A DNA stretch of 62,802 nt, filler included, from Octopus bimaculoides (lineage: Eukaryota): NCBI RefSeq assembly GCF_001194135.2. It is 4 parts of 4 records of this genome, joined end to end, with 100 filler letters (N's around TTAATTAATTAA, not from the genome) between each part and the next. Parts side by side here need not be neighbours in the genome. Positions count along the whole stretch, not along the records: positions 1 to 7,452 come from NC_068997.1; positions 7,553 to 22,618 come from NC_068991.1; 2 more parts are not named here. One strand, written 5' to 3'. Positions 1-12,185 of this stretch are shown in pieces. Both the position numbers and the translations under genes were made by a program. The notes below the pieces were generated by a model that searched no databases, was not told the origin of the DNA, and saw nothing but the letters and a program-made list of their open reading frames with translations. How positions within the stretch are numbered: position 1 is the first letter of the stretch; each line of letters opens with the position of its first letter.

Positions 1-31
<31 letters not shown>

Positions 32-531
32 CTCGTGACCTAGTGCTTATCTAATTATAAATGCTAATGTTTCTCGGAGATTTTTCTTAGTTTCATTGTC
101 TACATGCATCCGTTTTCAGTACGTTACATGTTAGTTTATAAATCTCAATATTTACCAGCTTTCCCCTTTCTACAAATATATAACAACTGTATACAGGTTT
201 CTAATTTATATGAATATAACTAAAATAAGAAAATGCATTTGTTTTTCCCTATTCTTTCTTTTTCTTCGCGATAGATACCTCATTCTGTTTTTAAATATTG
301 ATTCAATTTATATATCCTTAACTCTATTGCATCATAATTCACTGCGTCCATTGGAGATGTAACAGGATCCACTTACGTATATTTTTGTCTCCAATAATGA
401 AAATTCTATTTAATTTTCATAAGATGCTTAAATTTAATCTAAAATAGCTCTTTTTCTCTATCATGATTTAATTCCAAAGTTACTTCACATTATGTTGTAT
501 ACATTTTATTTTCTTAACAAACAATTTGCAG

Positions 532-577
532 CTGAATTCGGAGAAAGATTTCTATGGCAAAATGTGAGAATAACAGG
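532..577 (+). CDS. Candidate small exon of an unknown gene
   Basis: TTTGCAG| ... AGG|GTATGT; the only open frame reads (A)EFGERFLWQNVRITG. The next acceptor TTTCTATTTGTAG|G (689) gives ISEKARS*. No homology recognised. Confidence 0.25.
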
Positions 578-941
578 GTATGTGGTCTTTAAACCAGCTT
601 AAAATCGCGAAGACAACCTCCCTTGCAACACATCTTTCTTCCTTGAAAATCAAATGTCAAATTGAACAATATGGTTTTCTATTTGTAGGATATCAGAAAA
701 AGCAAGGTCGTGATGGTTAACGATGAAATGCATACAATCTTTTCATCAGTGCACTGTTCATTACGTAGAAGCAATAATGAAACACCAATATTAACAGTGT
801 GAACATTAGCAAAAATAACAATTATAACGTCAATATATAACACTGATACGATTTTTGTCCTTTGGTAGGAACTGTTATTTCCTATTTACTTACCCCTAGA
901 ATGTATGAAAAATGGCTAATATTTCCTTTAAACCTGTCATT

Positions 942-1119
942 TGTTACTGTCGTGTCGACGCGCCCAGGCGAAGAAGTAGGATCTCCCAAGACATATAAAT
1001 AGAGGTAGTCTGGCCGTGGTAGGTGTGTTGAGTAGCAGTCGAGTAGCTGTTGAGTAACGGTTGAGTAGAGACCATCCGAAGGTGCTAGATAGCAGTAGCG
1101 TTGAGACAGAACGGTTACA
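942..1119. mobile_element. Solo-LTR-like element, 178 bp
   Basis: TGTTAC...GTTACA termini, TATAAATA, internal GT(T/C)GAGTA tandem units; CATTT direct repeat at both junctions (938-942, 1118-1122). Confidence 0.5.
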
Positions 1120-1120
1120 T

Positions 1121-1257
1121 TTATTCAAACCCCAAAGAATCCGTCTCAACACATGGCTTTGACGCTTCCCAGCTACTCCTGCTCATGATATGGTCAAGTG
1201 GCTGAGGTCAAGCAAATGACAAGCAAATATATAGTATTCAACAGAATATTTACTATA
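1121..1257. mobile_element. Partial copy of the 60196-60727 element
   Basis: TTATTCAAACCCCAAAG..CTCAACACATGGCT..CTGCTCATGAT..TGACAAGCAAAT matches the reverse complement of ~60290-60455. Confidence 0.7.
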
Positions 1258-1949
1258 ATGATATTTCTTCTTCAGCAACTCAGCGCTGAATTTCTCTGAA
1301 AGGTAATGAAAAATAGATCAGTTTCTAAACGTTGGTGTCCAGACCACAAAAGCAAAGTTTAAAGGGAACAGATGTCGTTACGTCTGCAAATAGGAATTAA
1401 CGCTTAGGGAAATAAGTAAATAAAAAACAAAAAATTTGTTATATACATTGTAGTCTAATGTTAACAGTTTTATGTGAAGCATTTTAATCGTTTCACCGTA
1501 TTGAAAGAATATGAAATTTGCAGTATATAGATAAAATAAAATAAGATGAGAACATATTTACTATCATCTACTCCTTTTCTGAGATTTAGCAGATATTCTC
1601 CTATTGCACATCACTCATTGGATTGCGGCCAGGGTGTAGCACCATCATCAAAGCGTTCAGTTGGTCATATCAGTGCAAATAATTGCTTTGGGACAAGTAA
1701 GTTTTTTTTATCCAAATTTATATTTATTGCCCATCAAATGGAGGACAAACCTTTCACTCCGGTAAGCATAATTAAGGACACATATATACATATATTTTCT
1801 TTGTTAATTTCATTTTTATCTCATCGAGTTCAGAAGTATGAAGCTTCACCATTACCTATTATATATGAATCTCTGTGTTTGCTAGTTCGGCCTGTCACTT
1901 CTTTCGCGTCTATATTTGAGTGTTCTCTAGCTGAAAGAGATGAATCCAG

Positions 1950-2110
1950 CACTATTACTCTGTCAGATTTTCCCTGGCTTGCTTTCGATCAGATGTCACA
2001 AGACGGAGGAGAAACTTTCGTCATGCTAAGTTCATTGTGCAGAATATTCTCAAGTCTCTCAAAGGGTACGCTAACAGCATTGGCTATTTGAATTATTGTC
2101 AATTGCTTGT
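1950..2110 (-). mobile_element. Degraded mariner transposase fragment
   Basis: Minus strand reads LTIIQIANAVSVPFERLENILHNELSMTKVS/RLVTSDRKQARENL (HTH to WVPRLL region). Confidence 0.7.
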
Positions 2111-3097
2111 TAATCAGTGGGGTCGATTCGTTCGACCAATATCATTCAAATCCGTGCCCCAGTATGGTTGCAGTCTAATGGCTGATACATTGAAGTGTAT
2201 GAACGCACGTTTATATACGTATGAGCGCAGTTTTTGAGGACATCAGGGAAGAAAGGTTAATCGTGCTTTTACATGTATGTAAATTTGTAAATATCATTAA
2301 TACAAAGAAGAAAATATATATACAAACGCTATATGAAATATTTATGGAGAGCTGATGTCATACAGCATAGCTTAAAGAAAACTAAAGATGTTTTATGTCG
2401 AACACCAGGTGGTAGGCTTTTCACACCGGAAATCCAAAATAACAAAAGGCCTAGTTAGAGGGAACCTAAGTCAGGGGTATAGATGCCACTGTAAGGCACG
2501 GCTCCTTACCACTCGAATGTAAAACGGAAAGCGGAGGAAAGAAAATAAGGAAAAAGAAGGAAAGAAAATATACTTGATTTAAAATACAATGGAGCGCAAT
2601 ATGTACCACTTGTGACTTCATACTAAATATTCATAATTAGCAGTTTCATTTGGGTAACATTTTACTTATCATTTTGTTATCTTTTATCTTCTACTTTCAG
2701 CTATGACACTGTGGCCATGCTGTGGCCATGCTGTGGCCCCGCCTTGAACAACTATGCATGAGCCTCTGTGTTTCGGTATTCCGAGAGCATTTAAGTTTCT
2801 GCAGCCTTTTAAAGAGTCACTGATTCAGTTCATGATAAGTTGCACTCTCTCATTACAGATCACACCGAATGCGAATACATTTATAAGGAAACGTCTCACG
2901 TGTTTATTTAAAGAACTTACTCTTCTACTCGTTTAAGTAGGAACACGCAAATGGATATCTCCACTCACTCGTTTTGCGGTCACAGATTTGTTAAGACACA
3001 CGCATAGAGTCACATACAAATACACAGGGAGAGATGCACGACGCGCGCACGCTAACACATAGACACGTGCATATATCTGCTATATATATATATCTGC

Positions 3098-3128
<31 letters not shown>

Positions 3129-4181
3129 ANNNNNNNNNNNNNNNNNNNNNNNNNNNNNNNNNNNNNNNNNNNNNNNNNNNNNNNNNNNNNNNNNNNNNNN
3201 NNNNNNNNNNNNNNNNNNNNNNNNNNNNNNNNNNNNNNNNNNNNNNNNNNNNNNNNNNNNNNNNNNNNNNNNNNNNNNNNNNNNNNNNNNNNNNNNNNNN
3301 NNNNNNNNNNNNNNNNNNNNNNNNNNNNNNNNNNNNNNNNNNNNNNNNNNNNNNNNNNNNNNNNNNNNNNNNNNNNNNNNNNNNNNNNNNNNNNTTTATA
3401 TGTATATGTGTATATATATGTATATACACACAAACATCTGTATGAATATCCATATATGCACATATTTATGTACATACATGTATGCCTATTCATCTAATTA
3501 TGTATATATATGTATGTGTATATATATGTGTGTGTGTGTGCGTGTGTGTGCGTACGTATGTGTGTGCGTGATATGCATGTACCTTTATATATAGATGTGT
3601 TTATGTGGTGCATACATAGAAATATGCATTTACTTACGTACATATATAGAAAAATATACATAGATATATGGACACGCACACACACACAAACACACCCGCA
3701 TACACACACACGCATACACACACGCATATATGTACATATACATGCTCATTAACTCACGTATACACACGCACACAAATTTACACACACACGTACTCATATT
3801 CGCGTGAACGTACCTACCTACGCGCGCACACACACACACACACGCACACGGACAAACGCACTTACATCCACACACACACACATATACCTACACAGTTGCT
3901 CGAAGAGGAACAGAAATTTATACGCGTACGCAAACACCAGCACGCACAACAACAAGCAATATTGGTAGGACTATAATTTCTAAAACAGCCTAGCTACTGT
4001 TCTCAATTAACCTAGATATCTGGAAACTTCTTGCCTCTCATGCGAACACGGCTGGTTTTAATCCTGCGAGTACTTTTATTACTTCAAGTGTGCGTCTTTT
4101 GCTTATCTGTGATGTAGACTTCTAATTAGAGCAAACTATCTCCCAAATACTGACTTATGCTTTATATATGTATGTATATGT

Positions 4182-4224
<43 letters not shown>

Positions 4225-5482
4225 NNNNNNNNNNNNNNNNNNNNNNNNNNNNNNNNNNNNNNNNNNNNNNNNNNNNNNNNNNNNNNNNNNNNNNNNNNNN
4301 NNNNNNNNNNNNNNNNNNNNNNNNNNNNNNNNNNNNNNNNNNNNNNNNNNNNNNNNNNNNNNNNNNNNNNNNNNNNNNNNNNNNNNNNNNNNNNNNNNNN
4401 NNNNNNNNNNNNNNNNNNNNNNNNNNNNNNNNNNNNNNNNNNNNNNNNNNNNNNNNNNNNNNNNNNNNNNNNNNNNNNNNNNNNNNNNNNNNNNNNNNNN
4501 NNNNNNNNNNNNNNNNNNNNNNNNNNNNNNNNNNNNNNNNNNNNNNNNNNNNNNNNNNNNNNNNNNNNNNNNNNNNNNNNNNNNNNNNNNNNNNNNNNNN
4601 NNNNNNNNNNNNNNNNNNNNNNNNNNNNNNNNNNNNNNNNNNNNNNNNNNNNNNNNNNNNNNNNNNNNNNNNNNNNNNNNNNNNNNNNNNNNNNNNNNNN
4701 NNNNNNNNNNNNNNNNNNNNNNNNNNNNNNNNNNNNNNNNNNNNNNNNNNNNNNNNNNNNNNNNNNNNNNNNNNNNNNNNNNNNNNNNNNNNNNNNNNNN
4801 NNNNNNNNNNNNNNNNNNNNNNNNNCCATCTTACACCTTGTTTTTTCTATCCAAAAAGAGAAAGGCAAGAAATTTGTGGTTTTAATTCACTTTATGTATA
4901 TGTGTATGACAAAACAGACACATACATACGCCTGTCTGTACGTACACATACGTATCATGTGTATGTGTGTGTGTTTGTGTGTGTGTTTGTGTGTGTGTGT
5001 GTTTGTGTTTGCGTGTGTGTTTATGTACGCTCGTGTGAGTTTGTGTGAGTGTGCGCCCATATACATATGGATATTTTCAATATTCTACACACACAAATAT
5101 ATATATATATGTGTGTGTGTGTATCTTTTGGGGATGTATGTATATACATATATATATATGTCTGTGTATATCTATGCGTCTGTGTATATACAGGTGAGTA
5201 CACATAAAACATGCACACGCCTAGTCATACACAAAATGCGTGTACGTGCGTGCGTGCACTTGTCTGTGTGTATTTACGTGTTGGGCTATAGAAATAGCGG
5301 TGAACGTCTATGTAGCAAGAATTAACATTTCTATATTCATTAAAATGTAACGAATACCGCTGCTGTTCTACCGAAGTTTCATTTAATCATTCATATATGC
5401 AGCAATGATATATGAATAAATACATACACACACACCTACACACATACAAACAGGAACAGAAATACAATCATTGACTCAGGTA

Positions 5483-5878
5483 CATGGTAAGAATGGTGCT
5501 TCCCAACCAAATGTTTAAGGTTTCAGTCCCATTGCGTGGCACCTGGGGTAGGTGTCTCCTACAATAGCCTCGGGCCGACCAAACCCTTGTGAGTGGATTT
5601 GGTAGATGTAACAGAAAGACCATCGCACACACACACACATACATATGAGCGTGTAAGTGTGCGTGTGTGTGTGCCTTGCGGTATTTCTCCCGATCACCAC
5701 TTGACACCCGTTGTTGTGTGTTTACGTTTCTGTGCATTAGCGGTTCAGCGAAAAGGAATGATAGAGTAAGTACTAAGCTTAAAAAATAAGTCCTCGATTC
5801 CGTTTCTTCGACTAAAACATTTCAAGGTGCTTCCCCATCATGGCCGCAATCAAATGACTGAGGGAGGTAAAAGAATAT
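5483..5878 (+). mobile_element. SINE family B copy
   Basis: Same head, CCTTGTGAGTGGATTTGGTAGA, internal CA/TG tract and tail. Confidence 0.82.
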
Positions 5879-5904
5879 AAACAAGAGCACTCAGAGAGCG
5901 CAAA

Positions 5905-6557
5905 ACTCCGTCTAGGCACAAGCTCCGAAATTGTGGGGGAGGATTCTGTTGACTACATCGACCGAAGTACGCAACTGGTACTTATTTCATCGAACGCGAA
6001 AGGATGAAAGGTAATGTCAACCTTGGTAGGATTTAATCCCAGAACGTAAAGACAGGCGAAATTCCGCTAAGCATTTCGCCCGACGTGCTAGATTTTCTGC
6101 CAGCACGCCGCCTTATATAATGATATATATTCTTTTCTACTCCAGGCACAAGGCCTGAAATTTTTAGGGAGTGGGGCCCAGTCGTTTAGATCGAGCCAGT
6201 ACGCAACTGCTATTTAATTTATCAACCCCAGAAGGATGAAAGGCAAAGTCGTCCTCGGCGGAATTTGAACTCAGAACGTAAAGACAGACGAAATACTGCT
6301 AAGCATTTTGTGTGCTAACGTTTCTCATTTCTTTATTGTCCACAAGGGACTAAACATAGAGGGGACAAAGAAGGACAGAGAAAGGGATTAAGTCGATTAC
6401 GTCGACCTCAGTGTGTTGCTGGTACTTAATTAATCGACCCCGAAAGGATGAAAGGTAAAGTCGATCTCGGCGGAATTTGAACTCAGAACGTAACGGCAGA
6501 CGAAATACCGATACACATTTCGACCGGTGTGCTAACGTTTCTGCCAGGTCGCCGCCT
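5905..6557 (-). mobile_element. Cluster of three family-C SINEs (tRNA head + Deu/Nin-like core)
   Basis: Sense: GGCGGCGAGCTGGCAGAAACGTTAG (A box)..GAGTTCAAATTCC (B box)..GCCTTTCATCCTTTCGGGGTCGATAAATTAAGTACCAG core; units ~5905-6113, 6133-6325, 6326-6557. Confidence 0.85.
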
Positions 6558-6985
6558 CAAATCATGATATGTATTGAAATATAAATGAGAGGGTGTGCAC
6601 GTGTATCAGCGTGCTTTTGTATGCATTACGTATAAGGTGTGTGTTTGCGTGTTCCTGCGTGTGTGGGTGTGTTTTTATGTGTGTCTGTATGTGTGTGAGT
6701 TCCACTGAAAGGATGCATACAAATACATTCGAAATATGTGGGCTGATTAGAGATGAACAGATACAAGTGATATGTGATGGATGTACGTATTTTTCAACAG
6801 ATAACTAGATATAGATGTAAATATTTATAAAGATTAGAAGTCATAACTCTTCAAGACTTTACCTCCATTATCTCTTACGAAGCTAAAACAAAATACACCC
6901 ATAGCTGTGCATTCATATACATACACACATATATACTTATATACATATAGATATACATATATATTCATATATATACAGCTATATG

Positions 6986-7016
<31 letters not shown>

Positions 7017-7224
7017 TTATGTATATGAATGTATATAAACATATAGGTACATTCGTATATGAATAGAAACATGCATAAGAGGTATACAAATGTAGATCTG
7101 ATGTACCGAACATAATGTTACGGTTTTCAAGATGAAAGGAATAATCCGATACACCCCATTCTTCTTAGCTTTACTTGCAATCATTATATTTACGCTATTT
7201 GTGTTCATATCCAGTGTTTCATAT

Positions 7225-7452
7225 CTGTCTCTCTGTTTCTGTCTCACTTTTATCTCGCGATGTTTTCTCCTCTCTAGCCACTACACATTCTTTATTTTCT
7301 CTCCTTGTTTCTTTCTGCGTTCCTTTCCGTGGAAGAGCGTATGCTCGAAATGTTAGAGACTATTTCACTTCCCGAGCGTTAAACTAATACATCCGTTTGT
7401 TGTCTACTCCACCTGTGTTCGTCTTTTGTTATTTTTATGAATTCTCCCTATA
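7225..7452 (+). mobile_element. Penelope-like element terminus (pseudo-LTR-like)
   Basis: GAAGAGCGTATGCTCGAAA..CCCGAGCGTTAAACTAATACAT shared with 13.1, 22.8 and 45.6 kb copies; class assigned from the terminal motif only. Confidence 0.45.
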
Positions 7453-7552
7453 NNNNNNNNNNNNNNNNNNNNNNNNNNNNNNNNNNNNNNNNNNNNTTAA
7501 TTAATTAANNNNNNNNNNNNNNNNNNNNNNNNNNNNNNNNNNNNNNNNNNNN
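7453..7552. other. Artificial scaffold spacer N44-TTAATTAATTAA-N44
   Basis: Exactly 100 bp with a palindromic all-frame stop linker; identical at 22619-22718 and 49240-49339. Confidence 0.9.
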
Positions 7553-9513
7553 ATGAATTCAGTTGGCAGTATTTAAATAAAATGAAAGTGTAGAAATCGA
7601 TAAAAAATACAATTCGTGAAAAAATATAATGAACAATAATTAGAAAATATACAAGGAAATACAAAAAAATGGAATCATCGGAACTTGAGGTAAAATGTGT
7701 AAATAAAGGCATAATTATACAAGGGTAGGAACTAAATAATAATATTATTTTTTTTTAGTTACTTTTTTTTAATATATTTCTCCAAATTTCTCATTATATT
7801 AACGAATGTACATTTCAAAAAAAAAAGAAGAAAAAGAAAAGATTAAAAAATGTAAAACTCTCTTCAAGCGACATTTTATAAATGGATATAAATATATAAT
7901 TTTTTTTTTATATTCCAAATGTACGAAAACAATTTTGATTGCTTGATTTTTACAGAATGTTGTATCAATAAATCAGACTGAAAATAGTTGCTTGGAATCG
8001 AGTAAATATTTCTGAAACCAACATTGAAGCTCTTATGTAAAATTTATTGCTAGTTTCGGACCATTACTGAGGAATATAAAAGCTGTTTAAATATACACAA
8101 ACAGATTATTTTTTTTCACATAACAGCTTCTTATTCAGTAAGATTATACGAGTGTTTAACATTTATATTAATATTGTTATTATATTGTTGATATGTTGTG
8201 CGTTTATCAATTTTCACATCTCATGAAAAAACATATTCTGGTCTTTCATTGAAAATATTTCAACAGTTTCAGATTTGTTAAACTACATCACACCGACGCT
8301 CACATGCATACACGCACACCCACACGTACAGACACACAAACGTACATAAGCTGTTGTCCATGTGAATTTTATTTCAACTTGAAAAACATCACCACTTAAC
8401 GAATTCATAACATAAAATTTAATACATAAAAAGCTACATTTAAAATAAATCTGGTTTCCTTCGTCTTTTGTTTCTATACTCATAAAAGAATGTCTTCACT
8501 TTGACAATGCATGTGTATAAAAACAAACATAAATATAGCATTGTTTTAGAGATATAGACATTTTGAAAATATAAGCTCTATTTTTTCTACTTAACGTTTT
8601 ACAAATTTAAACAGATGTGTGTGTGTCTGTGTGAGCATGTTTATGCATACGCATATGNNNNNNNNNNNNNNNNNNNNNNNNNNNNNNNNNNNNNNNNNNN
8701 NNNNNNNNNNNNNNNNNNNNNNNNNNNNNNNNNNNNNNNNNNNNNNNNNNNNNNNNNNNNNNNNNNNNNNNNNNNNATACATACATACATATATATATAC
8801 ACACAAGTACGCACACACACTCACATACAAATAATCAGATATATACACGCATATACATATACACATACACACATATATATATGCATGCTTTTCTTCATAC
8901 CTGTACTTGTACTTCGAGAATCAATTGGGGAAATATGTTTCCCTGTGTATGCGTGTGTGTAGGTGGGTTGCGTATGTTCATGTATTGTCATATACGAATA
9001 TATATTTCAAAGCCAGTGGGTCATTTAGCTAATGGATGTAATATTATGATTTGGTTTTAGCAAGAGGATTCAAAATAACATTAGAGTATAATTTCTGTGG
9101 TTATATGGCGTATGTATTAATTGCAGTGGAGGTAGAGTCAGTGTAGAAAGCCTGAGATTTAAAATAAAACGGAGAAACCATGTTGCGTTTATCAAGTTGT
9201 GTTGCAAGGTTCCTGGTGTGAAACCGTGTGTTGAAGCAAATATTGTTGTATTTCGGGACGGTCGTTTTTTTTGTTTTTTTTTGCCAAATAAACACACGCA
9301 CTGTATATTTCATCTTCACTCGTTTATTAATGTCAATTTTCCGGAAATCTTTCGTCACACATCTCTGACCTCTTCAGCGACACTTTTCGTGTTCATGTGT
9401 GCTGCTCTTTCTGACTCGATTCTGCGCTTCTATGATATGTATCCTTATGTGTGCATGCATGTGCGTCCGTGTTTGTGCGTGCATGTGTGCGTGCGTGTGT
9501 GTGNNNNNNNNNN

Positions 9514-9555
<42 letters not shown>

Positions 9556-10057
9556 ATGATTATTGTGTGGAAAACAGAAAACCTTATATCTGTGAACTAT
9601 TTTGTATACCTAAGTTATACAAAGCCCCTTTTAAAATCAGATTTATAGCAGAAGCCAGGAAAGGAAGGAAGAAGTATAGAGACCTTATCTAACGAATTTC
9701 TATGGTTAGAACAGTTTTATTAAGAATTGTCAAACGTCTTACCAACGCTGTAGTTTAGCTTATTATAAAGTATTATGTCTAGCGTGGATTATTATTCAAA
9801 TTTTAGTGTATGAATGTAATACATATTTATGATGATTTTACACTATATAAATGTAAATTTTAAACAGGGAGAGTATGGAATATTTAGAATAATGGATCTA
9901 GTGTACTGAAATACATTTAAGTATATATCGATCAAATATGAAGTGGATTTTCTACTTTAAATGTGATATGCTAAAGGGATAAATTTTGTTATAGATAATG
10001 CATGTTTTGATAGCAGGTAAATTATTTAGACTTTTTTAAAGATATTCCCATGGCAAT

Positions 10058-10412
10058 AGGCGCTGGTATTGCTGTGTGGTAAGAAGCTTGCTTCCCAACC
10101 ACATGGTTCCGGGTTCAGTTCCACTGCGTGCTACCTTGGGCAACTAACTGTCTTTTACTATAGCCTCTGGTCGTCAAAACCCTTGTGAGTGGATTTGGTA
10201 GATGGTGTGCGTGCGTGTGTGTGTGTGTATTTGTACCCATCACCGCTTGGCATCTGGTGTTCGTGTGTTTACATCTCCGTAACTTAGCGGTTCGGCAAAA
10301 GTGTTCGATAAAGTAAGTACTAGGCTTAAAAAATAAGTCAAATTGTCGATTTGTTTGACTAAAATCCTACTTGGCTGTACTCGCGCATGTCCGCAGTCAC
10401 ATGATTGAAACA
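10058..10412 (+). mobile_element. SINE family B copy
   Basis: As 11678-12185, with a short TG tract. Confidence 0.82.
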
Positions 10413-10546
10413 AACAGAAAACTAAAAGAACAGGATTTTATGGAGTCCTTTGTTTGCCGACCTCTTTAACATTTTCAACGTGAAGTTTCTTTGTGGCTTC
10501 TGAGAAATAACAGTTAGGCTTGTTTAGTCATGCTAGTGGTTGTTGT

Positions 10547-10918
10547 TGGAGGCGCAATGGCCCAATGGTTAGAGCAGCGGACTTGCGGTTTTAGGATCGC
10601 GGTTTCGATTCTCAGACCGGGCGTTGTGAGTGTTTATTGAGCTAAAGCTCCACGAGGCTCCGGCAGGCGGTAGTGGTGAACCCTGCTGTACTCTGTCATC
10701 ACAACTTTCTCTTACTCTTTATTCCTGTTTCTGTTGTACCTGTATTTCAAAGGGGCCAGCCTTGTCACACTGTGTCACGCTGAACTTCTCCGAGAACTAC
10801 ATTAAGGGTACACGTGTCTGTGGAGTGCTCAGCCACTTGCACGTTAATTTCACGAGCAGGTTGTTCCGTTGATCAGATCAACTGGAATACTCGTCGTCGT
10901 AACCGACGGAGTGCCAAC
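10547..10918 (+). mobile_element. tRNA-derived SINE, family A, full length
   Basis: Head GGCGCAATGGCCCAATGGTTAG..GGTTTCGATTC (A/B boxes); tail ..CGTCGTCGTAACCGACGGAGTGCC; 12-bp TSD AGTGGTTGTTGT (10535-10546, 10919-10930). Confidence 0.88.
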
Positions 10919-11677
10919 AGTGGTTGTTGTAAGTACAAAAAATATATTTTCGTTATCAATTATTCTTTTATCAGAAATATTGGTATGGAATTTTACCTGC
11001 GAGTCTATCTGGAATAATGTATATTCATACAAGAATATATACCTGAGAATTTTGAATGAGACTCGTAAGAAAGCCGTGATGATAAAGTTGTACAGTAAAA
11101 TTTACGAGGTTTACTTTAAAGTCACTCACATACCACTTATGGGACACTACACAATTGTGAGACAAGGACATACCACATTTAGCTCGACACGTATGAAGAA
11201 TTGGAAAAATATTTAATACATATAATATACTGATTTCAAATTTCAGGGAAGAAGCTGCGTCTACTACATCGATGCAAGTGAGGAACTAGTTCTTATTTTA
11301 TCGACCCCGAAAGGATGAGAGTTTAAGACGAAATGTCGTTAACCGTTTTTCCCGGCGTACTAACGATTCTGCTTTCTCGCCACATTTAAGAGAAGTAATA
11401 TATAAGCATATTTTATTAATAATCATATAAGACGCATAATTAGATAAAGTTTATTATGCCAAAGATTAATACAAATATTTAATTGGTTTGAGTTATTCAG
11501 TATTATATTAAGTAAGTCTGGAGTTATTTGAAGCTTACTCTTAAATAATAAATTAGAAGCTAAACATTTTGACTATATTACTGCCAATATTAAGTATATG
11601 AAAGGCTTGCTAATGGTGTAAGGGTTTATTTTGCAAACCTGTCTGACCCAGTTTCTGTTTAATTATTCATATATGTA

Positions 11678-11842
11678 GGCGTAGGAGTGGCTGTGTGGTA
11701 AGTAGCTTGCTTATGAACCACATGGTTCTGGGTTCAGTCCCACTGCGTCGCACCTTAGGCAAGTGTCTTCTACTGTAGCCTCAGGTCGACCAAAGCCTTG
11801 TGAGTGGATTTGGTAGACGGAAACTGAAAGAAGCCCATGGTA

Positions 11843-11873
<31 letters not shown>

Positions 11874-12185
11874 NNNNNNNNNNNNNNNNNNNNNNNNNNN
11901 NNNNNNNNNNNNNNNNNNNNNNNNNNNNNNNNNNNNNNNNNNNNNNNNNNTGTGTGTGTGTGTGTGCGTGTGTGTGTGTGTGTATGTTTGTGTGGGTGTG
12001 TGTGTCCCCAACATCGCTTGACAACCGATGCTGGTGTGTTTACGTCCCTGTAACTTAGCACTTCGGCAAAAGAGAATAAGTACTAGGCTTACAAAGAATA
12101 AGTCCTGGGGTTGATTTGCTCGACTAAAGGCGGTGCTCCAGCATGGCCACAGTCAAATGACTGAAACAAGTAAAAGAGTAAAGAA
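11678..12185 (+). mobile_element. tRNA-derived SINE, family B, with internal microsatellite
   Basis: Head GGAGTGGCTGTGTGG..GGGTTCAGTCCC; CCTTGTGAGTGGATTTGGTAGA; internal (TA)n/(TG)n; tail GGTGCTCCAGCATGGCC..AAATGACTGAAACAAGTAAAAGA. Confidence 0.88.

Noticed and set aside
590-645. Minus-strand KMCCKGGC, WAP- or insulin-like
   Set aside because: Remaining cysteines absent; weak acceptor.
1546-2091. 181-aa + strand ORF
   Set aside because: Crosses SINE-like and antisense mariner debris; no recognisable domain.
3034-5325. Long track ORFs rich in YI/HT/CV and X (also 8.6, 11.8, 17.5, 23.8, 31.3, 41.5 kb)
   Set aside because: Translations of (TA)n/(CA)n microsatellites and N gaps.
7497-7508. TTAATTAATTAA palindrome as a biological site (e.g. 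piggyBac TTAA)
   Set aside because: Always centred in exactly 44+44 Ns; assembly linker.
10551-10625. tRNA-like sequence (also heads at 11678, 15083, 27284)
   Set aside because: A/B boxes continue into repeat bodies with TSDs, so these are SINE heads; no intact cloverleaf.
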